Of a stretch of DNA of 49,176 bases, positions 14,579 through 24,735 are shown in pieces (within the stretch, counting starts at the first letter, position 1; the number at the start of each line of letters is the position of its first letter). The position numbers and the translations under genes were made by a program. The notes beneath the pieces are model-generated. The model was not told where the DNA came from and made no database searches. It worked only from the letters and a program-made list of their open reading frames with translations. The stretch lies in the NCBI GenBank assembly GCA_963748825.1, contig CAVVKN010000024.1, positions 1 through 49,176 on the forward strand. Reading direction: 5' to 3'. This stretch comes from Methanotrichaceae archaeon. GTDB taxonomy: Archaea; Halobacteriota; Methanosarcinia; Methanotrichales; Methanotrichaceae.

Positions 14579-14615
14579 AAAAGGAATGAGAATGGTGAAA
14601 TAATTCGGTCTCTGC

Positions 14616-15107
14616 TCAGTCTTTCCCAAGGCCATCCAGCGCCTCTTTCAGCTTCCCGTAAGTCGCTTGCAGCGCCTCCGATATCACCCTGGTATCAGAG
14701 AGCACGGGCATGAAATTGGTGTCGCCATTCCAGCGGGGCACGATATGCAGGTGAATATGATCGGCTATGCCGGCACCGCCTACCAGGCCCATGTTGATGC
14801 CCAGATTAAAGCCGTCCGGGTGCATGGTCTTCCTCAGCAGCTCCACGCACAGATCGGCAAGCTGCATCATCTCCTGCTGCTCTTCTGGAGCCCAGCCGGA
14901 GAGGGTGGCCGTGTGCCGGTAGGGAACGACCATCATATGGCCATTGTTGTAGGGAAATGCATTCAGGATGATGAAGTGATACTTGCCGCGGTAAAGAATG
15001 TAGTTGTCTTCGTCCTTCTTTTCTGCGGGCTTATCGCAGAATATGCAGCCCTTCGGCTTCGTGCTCAAAATGTAATCGATTCTCCAGGGGGCCCATAAAT
15101 TTTCCAT
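14616..15107 (-). CDS. HIT-family hydrolase (Ap4A hydrolase/phosphorylase-like)
   Basis: LWAPWR, CIFC, NAFPYNNGH, HIHLHIVPRW histidine triad. Confidence 0.93.
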   Translation of the reverse strand: MENLWAPWRIDYILSTKPKGCIFCDKPAEKKDEDNYILYRGKYHFIILNAFPYNNGHMMVVPYRHTATLSGWAPEEQQEMMQLADLCVELLRKTMHPDGFNLGINMGLVGGAGIADHIHLHIVPRWNGDTNFMPVLSDTRVISEALQATYGKLKEALDGLGKD

Positions 15108-15108
15108 G

Positions 15109-15723
15109 TTATTTCTCCTCTCTTTGCCAGACGAGCTTTCTTCCCTGCACTTTGGGCCTGCCTTCTATAAACATCTTTATCGCCTTGGGGTAGGCTTTGT
15201 ACTCAGCCCTCTGAATCCTGGCCTTGAGGCTATCGTGGGTATCGTTCTCCAAAACGGGCACCGGCCTCTGGTAGACAATGGGGCCGTGGTCTACATCCTC
15301 ATCCACGATATGAACGGTCGTTCCCGTCCATTTTACTCCGTACGCCAGAGCCTGAGAGAAGGCATCCATGCCCCTAAATGAGGGCAGAAGAGCGGGATGA
15401 ATATTCAGGATCCTGTCCTTGTAATGGCGAACGAATAGGGATGATAAAATCCTCATGTAGCCGGTGAGAACTACCAACTCTGCGCCCTCCGCCTCCAGAT
15501 GGGCGATGAGCAATTGATCGTACTCCTCCCGGCGCAGGTTGCAGGGATCAACATAATGGCAGGGAACGCAAAACTCCTTTGCGATCTTGAGCGCTCCTGC
15601 ATCCGGCTGATCGGTGAGAACAATTCTAACACGAGCGGGCAGCCGACCGCTACGCTCTTCTTGCAGAATGTAGCGCAGATTCTCTCCCCGACCCGAGGAT
15701 ATGACGCCTAAAGAGGTTGTCAA
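15109..15723 (-). CDS. purN: Phosphoribosylglycinamide formyltransferase
   Basis: SSGRGENL, LTGYMRIL, LNIHPALLPSFRG, GTTVHIVDEDVDHGPI. TTG start at 15723 is more likely than GTG at 15735. Confidence 0.95.
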   Translation of the reverse strand: MTTSLGVISSGRGENLRYILQEERSGRLPARVRIVLTDQPDAGALKIAKEFCVPCHYVDPCNLRREEYDQLLIAHLEAEGAELVVLTGYMRILSSLFVRHYKDRILNIHPALLPSFRGMDAFSQALAYGVKWTGTTVHIVDEDVDHGPIVYQRPVPVLENDTHDSLKARIQRAEYKAYPKAIKMFIEGRPKVQGRKLVWQREEK

Positions 15724-15731
15724 ATAAAATC

Positions 15732-16001
15732 TCACTTGCCAAGCGTGATCTCAATTGCCGAGACATTGGTCTCTCCCCGTTCGGTGTTGAGGATCTCCGT
15801 GGAGATAGAGATGCCTTTCACATTGACATCCGGCAGAAAGCGAGACCTTGAAACCTCCGCCACATCCACCGCCCTGGAGATCGCCCGGCCCCTGGCCATG
15901 ATCTTGACATCCTCTGCGCCGCTGTTGAACTGTGTAACCACTGCCAGCACGTAGTTCATCACAGGCTTATTGCCGACGAACACGACATCATCTTCAGCCA
16001 T
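15732..16001 (-). CDS. albA: DNA/RNA-binding protein Alba
   Basis: [35 protein letters not shown]. Confidence 0.96.
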   Translation of the reverse strand: MAEDDVVFVGNKPVMNYVLAVVTQFNSGAEDVKIMARGRAISRAVDVAEVSRSRFLPDVNVKGISISTEILNTERGETNVSAIEITLGK

Positions 16002-16069
16002 TGGGCTCTCACCTTGGAATTAAATTAAAGCTAACGTTCATATCCTACATAAAGTTGCTGATGATGAAT

Positions 16070-16642
16070 TCAAAGGTATCTGCCCCGCGCCTTGATCTCC
16101 TTGACCCTCTGCAAGACTGCCTCTGCCTGAGGATAGGTCCGAGTGTATCCGGCCACAAAGGCCTCCATCAATTCATGGGGCTGGTCGTGCGTGCTCTCCA
16201 GGGTCTGAAAGTATACATGCACATCCACTCCCTGCGCTTCCACAGCTCTTTCGTAAAATGACAGGCCGAAGTCGATGAGACAGATCTTGCCTCGTGTTAG
16301 TATCATATTGGAGGTGGTCAGGTCCCCATGCACAATTCCGCCCTGGTGCAGCCTTCCCACCGTCTCCCCCACCATCTCGGAGAGCTCCCGGTTGATGATA
16401 TCCTTGAGCTTCTCGCCCACTATCATCTCCATTCTGAGCTCAAATCGAGAAACATCGCAGATGATGGGCGTGAGAACCCCATGCCTGCGGGCTTCGGACG
16501 TGATCCTTGCTTCTCGCAGGGTTCTATCCTGCCGAATACGCTCATCGAGCGCCGGCTGCCGGTAGCTCTTGGCATGCCGCTCCTTCTTTACGACACCATT
16601 TTCAAGAGTGATGACTGCTTCTGCGCCTCTGCCTATCTCCAT
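16070..16642 (-). CDS. bud32: Stand-alone Bud32 kinase (KEOPS complex)
   Basis: GAEAVI, KERHAKSYR, REARI, HGDLTTSNMI, IDFGL, C-terminal RGRY. Confidence 0.93.
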   Translation of the reverse strand: MEIGRGAEAVITLENGVVKKERHAKSYRQPALDERIRQDRTLREARITSEARRHGVLTPIICDVSRFELRMEMIVGEKLKDIINRELSEMVGETVGRLHQGGIVHGDLTTSNMILTRGKICLIDFGLSFYERAVEAQGVDVHVYFQTLESTHDQPHELMEAFVAGYTRTYPQAEAVLQRVKEIKARGRYL

Positions 16643-17670
16643 AAATCCTCTTTTCGTTTCCAGGCCTTGACCAGGCCGATGCAGCCCGTGATCATCATGT
16701 CCCCGCCGGGAGATGCGGCAACGGCGCCCTTCAAGGCTCCGCTGGAGAGAAACGTCTGCCGGCGAGGTCCAGTGACGAGAGTGGCCCCAATCTTTTCGGG
16801 AACACTATCGATATAGGCCCCATGGCCTCCATCCTCGAAGACCTCGCTGCTTTTTAATGTTCCGTTGCACAGCTTTTCCGTAAACTCTCGCAGCTTTTCC
16901 GGGGAAAGCTCCGAGGTGTGGTGCTCGAAGATGCCTGTGATCCGGTCCCCGGCTAGCAGGGCGGCCACCGTATGGCCGTTTCCGAAATTGATGATAAGCG
17001 CGGGCGAATCGTCCGGCAAATCGAGAGCTGCCCCAAAGATCGCCGCCGGGCCGGTGTCCATGAGAAGTGGCTTGATTCCCGCCTTTGCCAGGGCACCGTG
17101 GACGGCCAGCATCCTGGTCATGACTGCCGGAGGCTGCCGGTAGGCGAAAGCTTCCAGCCTCCCGCCGGATCTAATGGCTGCAGCCAGATGTTCAAATCGA
17201 ACCAAACGGTTTGATCGCCCTGGTGAAAAGCCATGATCCTGTACGGCAACCGCCATATTCCCGGGTAGAGCGATGTCGAAGATCTGAAAGGCACGGGCTA
17301 GCGCGGCAATGTCTATGTCCCCCGTCTCGACGACTTCTGCTGGGCCTGGCGCCTCCTCTTGAATCGCGACACCTAAGGCCGCCACGCGCTCAAGATTGTC
17401 ATTTATGGTTGCTGCCGCCGACGGCGTGGCGTAAACTTTGAGCCCCGCGGCCAGATGCCATCTTATGGCCGCAGTAGAGGCTCCGCCGCCCATGGTCGGC
17501 CCGCGCAGGAATACATCCCTGCCAGCCAGACGGGCCCGGTTTATTCTGTTTCCCACCAGCACGGTTTGACTGGGCAAAACCATCTTGGTTGAGCCTTCCA
17601 GGGATACGTCCTCGTCATAAAGCAGAATGTCCTGGGTGCCTGCCCCTACATCAATTGCTAAGAGCGACAT
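16633..17670 (-). CDS. DUF1786-family protein (ASKHA-like fold)
   Basis: LAIDVGAGTQDIL, MGGG, VAVQDHG, MDTGPAA, NFGNGHT, FEHHT, DGGHG, GDMMITGC. Confidence 0.85.
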   Translation of the reverse strand: MSLLAIDVGAGTQDILLYDEDVSLEGSTKMVLPSQTVLVGNRINRARLAGRDVFLRGPTMGGGASTAAIRWHLAAGLKVYATPSAAATINDNLERVAALGVAIQEEAPGPAEVVETGDIDIAALARAFQIFDIALPGNMAVAVQDHGFSPGRSNRLVRFEHLAAAIRSGGRLEAFAYRQPPAVMTRMLAVHGALAKAGIKPLLMDTGPAAIFGAALDLPDDSPALIINFGNGHTVAALLAGDRITGIFEHHTSELSPEKLREFTEKLCNGTLKSSEVFEDGGHGAYIDSVPEKIGATLVTGPRRQTFLSSGALKGAVAASPGGDMMITGCIGLVKAWKRKEDLWR

Positions 17671-17750
17671 AAATCTTCCTTCACCACCGATCGGGGATTC
17701 TATCTCATTTTCACGGGAAAAATTTTATCCTAATCCATAAAGCAAATAGC

Positions 17751-18224
17751 ATGATCATAGATGTAGTGGTCGCGAGCACATCCCGCTTTCAGAAGTTTGG
17801 GCCGGTGAGGAGCCCTGAGGATGCGGAGGATCTATCCGGCAAGGTGATCTTGGAGAAAATCAAAGCGGCAGGACATATTGCCCGCTATGCTCTTCTGCCG
17901 GACGGCTTTGTGCTGCGGGATGCAGTGGAAAAAAGCGATGCAGATGCCATTGTCATCTGTGGTGGCACCGGGCTTACTCATCTGGACTTAACCCTGGAAG
18001 CCATTGAGCCGCTCTTTGAAAAGACGCTTCCCGGCTTTGGTGAGATCTTTCGCTACAAAAGCCTGGATGAGGTGGGCACTCGCGCCATGCTCACAAGGGC
18101 TGCGGCGGGAGTTTATCATGGCAGGCCGGTCTTTTGTCTGCCCGGCTCGCCAGGCGCGGCGCGTCTGGGTATGGATCTCATCCTGGCAGAAATAGGGCAT
18201 ATTCTTGGGCATATACGGGAATAA
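17751..18224 (+). CDS. moaB: Molybdenum cofactor biosynthesis protein, MoaB/MogA family
   Basis: DLSG, GGTG, D.T.EA, LPGFGEIFR, TRA.AG, FCLPGSP. Confidence 0.92.
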   Translation: MIIDVVVASTSRFQKFGPVRSPEDAEDLSGKVILEKIKAAGHIARYALLPDGFVLRDAVEKSDADAIVICGGTGLTHLDLTLEAIEPLFEKTLPGFGEIFRYKSLDEVGTRAMLTRAAAGVYHGRPVFCLPGSPGAARLGMDLILAEIGHILGHIRE

Positions 18225-18331
18225 GAGGAAAAAATAATATTAATCATATTAATACCTATTGGGCCGCAGTAGCCTTTTATATCATTAGCACTCTGATAAG
18301 GTTATAGAGCTATCACGGAGAAGATTGGCCA

Positions 18332-18886
18332 ATGGAGACAGAGATTCCAGTGCGAGATATCATGACCCGGCCGGTGATTACAGCTGATGCCGGCCTGGAC
18401 ATTTTGAGCGCTGCCAAAAAGATGGGCTCGGCCAACGTGGGCTGTCTGATAATAGTATCCGGCGACAATCCCACCGGCATTCTGACGGAAAGGGATCTGG
18501 TAAAGAAGGTCTTAGCCCAGGGAATTGATCCCAGAAATTTAAAGGTGGCAGAGGTTATGAGCGCTCCAGTAGTTTCCATTGAACCTGATGCCAGCCTACG
18601 CGAAGCTGCAGCGTTGATGCTTCGCACTGGAGTAAAGCGGCTGCCAGTGATATTCAAAGGAAAGCTCGTGGGTATAATTACAGATACGGATCTTGTCTCT
18701 GGGTCCTCCCTCGGTTTGAATGAGATTTTAAGCGATCTATTGGAGATGCACCGAGAGAGCATTCATTTCGATCAGCCCCGGGGGGTGGTGAGTGGAATCT
18801 GTGAGGTTTGCAGCCAGCTCTCAGATACCCTGGAGAGCGTGAATGGAGAGTTGCTCTGCTGGAGCTGCAGGGACGGAAAAAGGTAA
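18332..18886 (+). CDS. CBS-pair protein with C-terminal zinc ribbon
   Basis: Two CBS motifs (GILTERD, GIITDTD) and C-terminal CEVC...CWSC. Confidence 0.88.
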   Translation: METEIPVRDIMTRPVITADAGLDILSAAKKMGSANVGCLIIVSGDNPTGILTERDLVKKVLAQGIDPRNLKVAEVMSAPVVSIEPDASLREAAALMLRTGVKRLPVIFKGKLVGIITDTDLVSGSSLGLNEILSDLLEMHRESIHFDQPRGVVSGICEVCSQLSDTLESVNGELLCWSCRDGKR

Positions 18887-18922
18887 GAAATATCATTATT
18901 GCTGGACAGCAGGGGAATAATA

Positions 18923-19699
18923 ATGTTAGTAGAAGATATTTTGTCCAGAGATCCTCTATACGTCGAGGAATCCACTTTTCTGACCAAAGCGCGTCAGATG
19001 ATTCGAGACAACCATGTGCGTGGACTGCCGGTTGTGAACAGTAAAGGCATAGTTCTAGGAATCGTAACCAACCAGGATATGCTGCGCGTGACCTCGACCA
19101 AGTCGAATGTGACTATAGCGGGCTATGTGGTGAAGGTCCCTATTGTGACGGGGCAGATGAATATTCTTGATGCCGCCAGGCTCATGCTCAAGGAAAAGAG
19201 AACTTTGCTTCCTGTGGTCGAGTCCGAGGAGATGCCTAAGCTATTGGGCGTTGTTAGCCTTTTGGACGTGTTTATGAATATCGATTTGGAGCTCGTGCCC
19301 AAGAAGCCGGTATCAGAGGTTATGACTAGCAAAGTTGTAACCACCCGCCCCGATGACCCTGTAACCAAGATCTGGGATCTGATGGTCGAGAAGGACTACA
19401 CAGGGCTTCCGGTGGTCAAAGACGACAAGCTCATAGGAATGATCACCCGATTTGATCTGCTGAAAGGCACAGCTCGGATCGGCAAGGAGAGTGAGAGAAG
19501 GCCGGCGGATTCAATGCAGATGCCTGTAGAGAAATTTATGAGCTCTCCGTTGTATAGCGTAAAGCCGGAAGATAGCGTGCGCAAAGCCATCGAGCTGATG
19601 CTCAAGCACGACGTGGGCCGAATATCCGTGGTGGACGAAGGAAAGCTCGTGGGAATTGTGGATAGAAACGATTTGATCAAAAGCTACCTTGGTGAGTGA
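18923..19699 (+). CDS. CBS-domain protein (4 CBS motifs)
   Basis: GLPVV..GIVT, LLPVV..GVVS, GLPVV..GMIT, GRISVV..GIVD. Confidence 0.9.
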   Translation: MLVEDILSRDPLYVEESTFLTKARQMIRDNHVRGLPVVNSKGIVLGIVTNQDMLRVTSTKSNVTIAGYVVKVPIVTGQMNILDAARLMLKEKRTLLPVVESEEMPKLLGVVSLLDVFMNIDLELVPKKPVSEVMTSKVVTTRPDDPVTKIWDLMVEKDYTGLPVVKDDKLIGMITRFDLLKGTARIGKESERRPADSMQMPVEKFMSSPLYSVKPEDSVRKAIELMLKHDVGRISVVDEGKLVGIVDRNDLIKSYLGE

Positions 19700-20679
19700 A
19701 GATGAGCAAAGGGCCAACAACGGGAAAAGAAGTAACAAGGATTCCGCAAAAGAACGATCGCATGCCTGTAGCCCCCGGCTCGGGAGATAGAGGACCTCTG
19801 CAATTCGACTCCCGGCACGCCAAGCGGGCGAGCGACGTAGTGGGTGTAGCCTCGCCGGACGTTGTAACCGTTCCGCCCACTACTACCATCATGAGCGCCA
19901 TAAAAACCATGACCTTCTATGGCTTCTCCCGGCTTCCCGTCGCTGATCCAGGCACAAAGAGGCTGATTGGCTTTGTGACCTCAGTGGACGTGGTGGACTT
20001 TCTGGGCGGGGGACTGCGGCACAATCTCTTGCGGGAAAAGTATGGCGGAAACATCTTCACCGCCATAAATGCCGATATCACAGAGATCATGAGCACCAAC
20101 CTCACCTACGCCAGTGACAAAGCCTCTTTAAATGACGTTTTGAAGCTGATGTACGAGAAGAACGTGGGCGGCCTTCCCATCTGCGATGAGGATATCCGCA
20201 TCAAGGCCATAATTACCGAAGAGGACTTTGTGCGCTTTTGCCGGGGCCTGGATACCGGCCTTACTGTGGAGGCCTTCATGAGCCCCCATGTGGTGACGGC
20301 ACCGGCGCAGACCACTATCGAGAAGATGACCAGGATGATCATCCAGAAGGGCTTCCGTCGCATGCCCGTCGTGCAGGATGGAGTTCTCATGGGCATGGTC
20401 ACAGCCTCGGATATCATGAAATATCTGGGTAGCGGAGATGCTTTTGAAAAGGTGGTTACTGGCGACATCGGAGAGGTAATGAATCAGCCCATCAAGAGCC
20501 TGATCAAGAGAAGCTTGCTTGCCACCGAGAAGAAAGCTGACCTGGGGCAGGCGGCCAGGAAGATGATGGACAACGAGATTGGATCTCTGCCTGTTATGGA
20601 CAAGGGATCCTTAGCCGGCATTCTGACGGAGAGGGACTACGTGAGGGCGTTAGCCGAGAACAGAGGAATTCTAGCATGA
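19696..20679 (+). CDS. CBS-domain protein (4 CBS motifs)
   Basis: SRLPV..GFVT, GGLPI..IITEED, RRMPVV..GMVT, GSLPVM..GILTERD; GTGA overlap with the upstream gene. Confidence 0.9.
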   Translation: MKMSKGPTTGKEVTRIPQKNDRMPVAPGSGDRGPLQFDSRHAKRASDVVGVASPDVVTVPPTTTIMSAIKTMTFYGFSRLPVADPGTKRLIGFVTSVDVVDFLGGGLRHNLLREKYGGNIFTAINADITEIMSTNLTYASDKASLNDVLKLMYEKNVGGLPICDEDIRIKAIITEEDFVRFCRGLDTGLTVEAFMSPHVVTAPAQTTIEKMTRMIIQKGFRRMPVVQDGVLMGMVTASDIMKYLGSGDAFEKVVTGDIGEVMNQPIKSLIKRSLLATEKKADLGQAARKMMDNEIGSLPVMDKGSLAGILTERDYVRALAENRGILA

Positions 20680-21537
20680 TAATAAAGAAAGTTAAAGATT
20701 ACATGAGCGCTCCCATTTACGTCATCGAGCGAAACGAGCCCATCCAAAGAGCCAGGAATCTGATGTTCAAATACGGCATTGGCAGATTGCCTGTAATGGA
20801 CGCCGGCTTGCTGGTGGGCATCGTTACCAAGTACGACATCACTAATAGGCTCAACCAGGCGGCTCCTGAGTGGCGCAGAAGGCCCATAGACAAGGTACCC
20901 ATTCAGGTGGTAATGACGGAGAAGCCCATCACCATATTCCCCGATGCCACCATGCCTCAGGCAGCAGAGCTTCTCATAGAAAACGGCATTTCCGGCCTGC
21001 CGGTGGAACGCGATGGAGAGATCGTGGGCATGATCACATCTCGGGACATAATGAAGTACTTCTCCGAGCAGGATCTCAAAGCGACCGTGGGCGACATGAT
21101 GAGCAAGAATGTTCTGCAGTGTGCACCGCCACCATACCATCGGCCACGTCCTGGAAGAGATGAATGTGCAAGGCCAGAGCCGCGCCCTGGTCTACGAGGA
21201 CGATACGAATCCGGTGGGCATTGTTACCCGCTCCGGTCTTACCTTCTCCGAGATCATGGGGCCGAAGGACGAGATGGAGACCAAGAACATCAAGATGACC
21301 AGAAAAGAGAGCACCGCCGGCAGAAAGCAGTATCGCTATGTAAAGCAGATGCCTTTTGTGGCGGAGGACATCATGACCTCGCCCATTTTTACTATCGGCT
21401 CGGAGATAAAAGCCGTGCAGGCGAGCCAGACCCTGGTGGAGAAGAACATCATTGGCATGCCAGTGATGGACAATAATGAAGTGGTGGGCTACTTCTCCGC
21501 CGATGAGATCATCACAGAGGTTGGGAGGTGGAAGTAA
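20676..21537 (+). CDS. CBS-domain protein, one apparent frameshift at about 21118
   Basis: The N-half (GRLPVM, SGLPVE) continues in the 21109..21537 frame (SVHRHHTIGHV...GMPVM..VGYFS). Confidence 0.85.
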
Positions 21538-22316
21538 TGCAGGTAAAGGACATCATGAGCGAGCCCGTTACCATCGACAAATCAGAGAGACTGGGCCATG
21601 CGTTGGATCTGATGGAGAAGCACGATCTGAGAAGGCTTCTTGTCACCAACAAGGACAAGATGGGCGGCATAATCACCATGAGACAGATTGCTCGCGTCCT
21701 GGGAACGCGAAAATCCCTGGGAATGCCTGCCTCCTCTCTGCATGTGGCATCTGCCACCATGGACTCCGTAATCAAGGTACTCCCTGATATGGATGTGCAG
21801 GATGCCATGGTCCTCTTGCAGAAGACCGGCGTTCTGGCGGCTATGGATGGCGAGAAGGTTCTTGGCTGGGTTCGGCCTAGAGAGATCATAGCGGCCGTAA
21901 ATGTAAGCGGTATGGCATCCGACGCCATGCGTTTTCCCCTCACCTCCAACCCCAATGACCGGCTGGTTCATGCTCGGCGCATGATGCTGGATAGAGGCGT
22001 AGGAAGGCTTCCTGTGGTGGAGGGTGGCCGGCTGGTGGGCATAATATCCGAAAGAGATGTGGCCAAGTCTCTACGTGCCTTCCGGGATCTGAACGATACT
22101 GCCAGCAAGCAATACACGCGCATCTACAACATCTTGGTCTCCGATGTGATGACTCATGATGTGAAGTACGTCTATGCCGATACTCCTCTGGATGAGGTCA
22201 AGAAGATCATTCTTACCGAGAACAGAGGCGGCCTGCCCGTTCTCAATCATAGAGAAGAGGTAGTGGGCATGATCACCAGGCGGTCCATCTTGGATTATCT
22301 GGTGAGGACCGGATGA
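21537..22316 (+). CDS. CBS-domain protein
   Basis: MQVKDIMS, GRLPVV..GIISERD, GGLPVL..GMITRR; TAATG stop/start overlap. Confidence 0.9.
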   Translation: MQVKDIMSEPVTIDKSERLGHALDLMEKHDLRRLLVTNKDKMGGIITMRQIARVLGTRKSLGMPASSLHVASATMDSVIKVLPDMDVQDAMVLLQKTGVLAAMDGEKVLGWVRPREIIAAVNVSGMASDAMRFPLTSNPNDRLVHARRMMLDRGVGRLPVVEGGRLVGIISERDVAKSLRAFRDLNDTASKQYTRIYNILVSDVMTHDVKYVYADTPLDEVKKIILTENRGGLPVLNHREEVVGMITRRSILDYLVRTG

Positions 22317-23434
22317 ATCTGGCAAGAGTTGCACAGAGACTGGGAATAACCAAAGATAGGCTGCAAGGCCTTCAAGAGACAATAATCAGAGAATCTGCCT
22401 GGCCCGAGCCTCGGTTGCTCCGGTTTGACAAAGAGACCTCGGGGATCGAGGCCGGGACAGTTGTTTTTGAAAACGGCGAAATCGTTTTTGGCTATCCTAA
22501 GATCCGCCGTCCCCTCATGCTTGCTGCGGCGATAGATAGGCATTTTTCCGATCTTGTGGCTGTTGAAGAGAAGATGAACGGCCATAATGTGCGCATCCTG
22601 TCTTTAAACGGAGACACGGTGGCCCTCACAAGAGGCGGTTTTATCTGTCCCTATTCCACAGAAGTGGCGCGCCGGATCGTGCCGGATGCCGTATTTGAAA
22701 AGCACCCTCTCCTGGTCTTGTGCGGAGAGATGGTGGGACCGGAAAACCCCTATGTAGCCAAGGACATATATCCTACGGACAGCATTGACTTCTATCTCTT
22801 TGATATAGCCGAAAAGAACTGCAGGAGAACTCTGGGCGTGCACAGGACGCATGAAATGGCAGATGAGTTAGGCCTGAAGGCCACGGCTTTATTGGGTGAG
22901 TTTCATAAAAAGAGCGCCGCAGAGAGGATCAAACAGATCGTTATCAAGCTTGGCCGTCAGGGGCGAGAGGGTGTGGTCATGAAAGACCCGGAAAATATTG
23001 TGGCACCGCTAAAGTACACCAGCTCCAGCACCAATTGCAGCGATCTGGCCGTGGCTTTTCGCTACTATAATGACTATGCTCAGGACTTCTTTGTCTCCCG
23101 GGCCGTGCGGGAGGGCTTTCAATCGGTAGAGTGGAACGAGTCGGAAGAGGAGAGAAAGGCGAGGGCCCTGTCTTTGGGGGAGAGCATTCTTTTGCCGCTG
23201 ATCGACACCATCGAGAGAGCGCAGCGGGGCGAGAATATCGTGCAAGAGGTACAGATCCGGGTGAAAAGCCTGCAGACGGCCAGGGAGTTTGAGTATCACC
23301 TGCGCAGAAGCGGAATTCGAGCTTTATTCGAGCCGCCGGAGCCGGATGACGACGGCTATCTGGTAAGAATCACAAAGCTTGTCATGAGCACAAACGATAA
23401 AACCCAGGCGCTCCTGGGTGGAGAAATGTGGTAG
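22313..23434 (+). CDS. ATP-dependent RNA ligase (Pab1020/Rnl3 family)
   Basis: GYPKIRR, motif I EEKMNGHNVR, TRGGFICPYST, GEMVGPENPY, FDI, REGVVMK, KYTSS. Confidence 0.9.
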   Translation: MNLARVAQRLGITKDRLQGLQETIIRESAWPEPRLLRFDKETSGIEAGTVVFENGEIVFGYPKIRRPLMLAAAIDRHFSDLVAVEEKMNGHNVRILSLNGDTVALTRGGFICPYSTEVARRIVPDAVFEKHPLLVLCGEMVGPENPYVAKDIYPTDSIDFYLFDIAEKNCRRTLGVHRTHEMADELGLKATALLGEFHKKSAAERIKQIVIKLGRQGREGVVMKDPENIVAPLKYTSSSTNCSDLAVAFRYYNDYAQDFFVSRAVREGFQSVEWNESEEERKARALSLGESILLPLIDTIERAQRGENIVQEVQIRVKSLQTAREFEYHLRRSGIRALFEPPEPDDDGYLVRITKLVMSTNDKTQALLGGEMW

Positions 23435-23447
23435 AAGGCCAAAGCTT

Positions 23448-24701
23448 ATGAGCGAAATTGCAGATATCGAGATGCAGGGCCATCTCATCGACTCGCAGAT
23501 CCTGACAAGGGTCTTGGACAAGATCATGGATATGGGCGGCGAGTTCGAGATTAAGAACTTTCAGATAGGCCAGAAGAAGAACGATAGCAGCTATGTGCAG
23601 ATAACCGTCACCGGCGAAGATGCGGCGCATTTGGACCGGGTCCTCTTAGAGCTGCATGCCCTGGGGGCGCGCCTCGTGGAGATGGAAGACGTTAAAACCG
23701 GCATTGCTCCCGGGGATATGGTCGTTCCCAGGGGCTTTTACTCCACAACCAATCATCCCACTTACGTGCGCTATCAAGGCTCCTGGGTGGAAGTGGAGCA
23801 CAACCACATGGACTGCCTCATCGTGCTGGAAGACGGTCGGGCCCTGTGCACGCCCATCGGTCATATCAAGAAGGGCGAACGCGTGGTCATTGGCACTTCC
23901 GGCGTCAAGGTTGTGCCGCCCGAGCGCCCCCGCGAGAAGACCTTCTTTGGCTTCATGTCCAATGAGGTCAGCTCGGAGCGGCCCAGCGGAGAGCTGGTGC
24001 GCCAGTTAGCAGGCGAGATCGTGCGCACCAAAAAGGCGGGCGGAAAGATTGCTGTGGTCTGCGGGCCTGCTGTGGTTCACACGGGCGCGGCTCCCTCGCT
24101 GGCCAGGCTCATCCGGGAAGGCTATGTGGATGTGCTTTTAGCAGGAAACGCTGTGGCCGTTCACGACATCGAGCGGCAGCTCTTCGGCACAAGTCTCGGC
24201 ATGAACTGCTCGGGAAATGCCATCTCTGGGGGGCACCGAAATCACCTCTACGCCATCAGCGAGATCATGGCCAGCGGCTCCATCAAGAATGCCATAGCGG
24301 AAGGAAAGCTCAAAGGGGGCATCATGTACGAGGCCACCATAAAAGGCATATCCTATATTCTGGCCGGCTCCATTCGCGATGACGGGCCGCTTCCCGAGGT
24401 CATTACGGATACGGCGAAGGCCAAGGATGCCATGGACAAAGCGCTGCGGGGCGTGGATATGACCATAATGCTGGGCACCATGCTGCACTCCATTGCTGTT
24501 GGCAACTTGCTTCCTTCCTTCGTCAAGACCATCTGCGTGGATATCAATCCCTCAACCGTGACAAAGCTCATGGATAGGGGTTCAGCCCAGGCCATCGGCC
24601 TCGTCACGGATATCGGCATATTCCTGCCCCAGCTCGCTGAGGAGATCGAGAAGCTGAAGAATGGGCAGGATGAGAAGCCGTGCGAGGATAGGAAAACTTA
24701 A
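23448..24701 (+). CDS. TIGR00300-family protein (LOR/SDH; ornithine cyclodeaminase like the ArgZ/AgrE C-terminal region)
   Basis: GHLIDS, FYSTTNHPT, MDC, FGFMSNEVSSERP, GPAVVHTG, GNAVAVHDIE, LAGSIRDDGPLP, MLHSIAVGN, KLMDRGS. Confidence 0.9.
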   Translation: MSEIADIEMQGHLIDSQILTRVLDKIMDMGGEFEIKNFQIGQKKNDSSYVQITVTGEDAAHLDRVLLELHALGARLVEMEDVKTGIAPGDMVVPRGFYSTTNHPTYVRYQGSWVEVEHNHMDCLIVLEDGRALCTPIGHIKKGERVVIGTSGVKVVPPERPREKTFFGFMSNEVSSERPSGELVRQLAGEIVRTKKAGGKIAVVCGPAVVHTGAAPSLARLIREGYVDVLLAGNAVAVHDIERQLFGTSLGMNCSGNAISGGHRNHLYAISEIMASGSIKNAIAEGKLKGGIMYEATIKGISYILAGSIRDDGPLPEVITDTAKAKDAMDKALRGVDMTIMLGTMLHSIAVGNLLPSFVKTICVDINPSTVTKLMDRGSAQAIGLVTDIGIFLPQLAEEIEKLKNGQDEKPCEDRKT

Positions 24702-24735
24702 ATTCACATGGGTCTGTGGTTTCCAGGCTTTGTGG

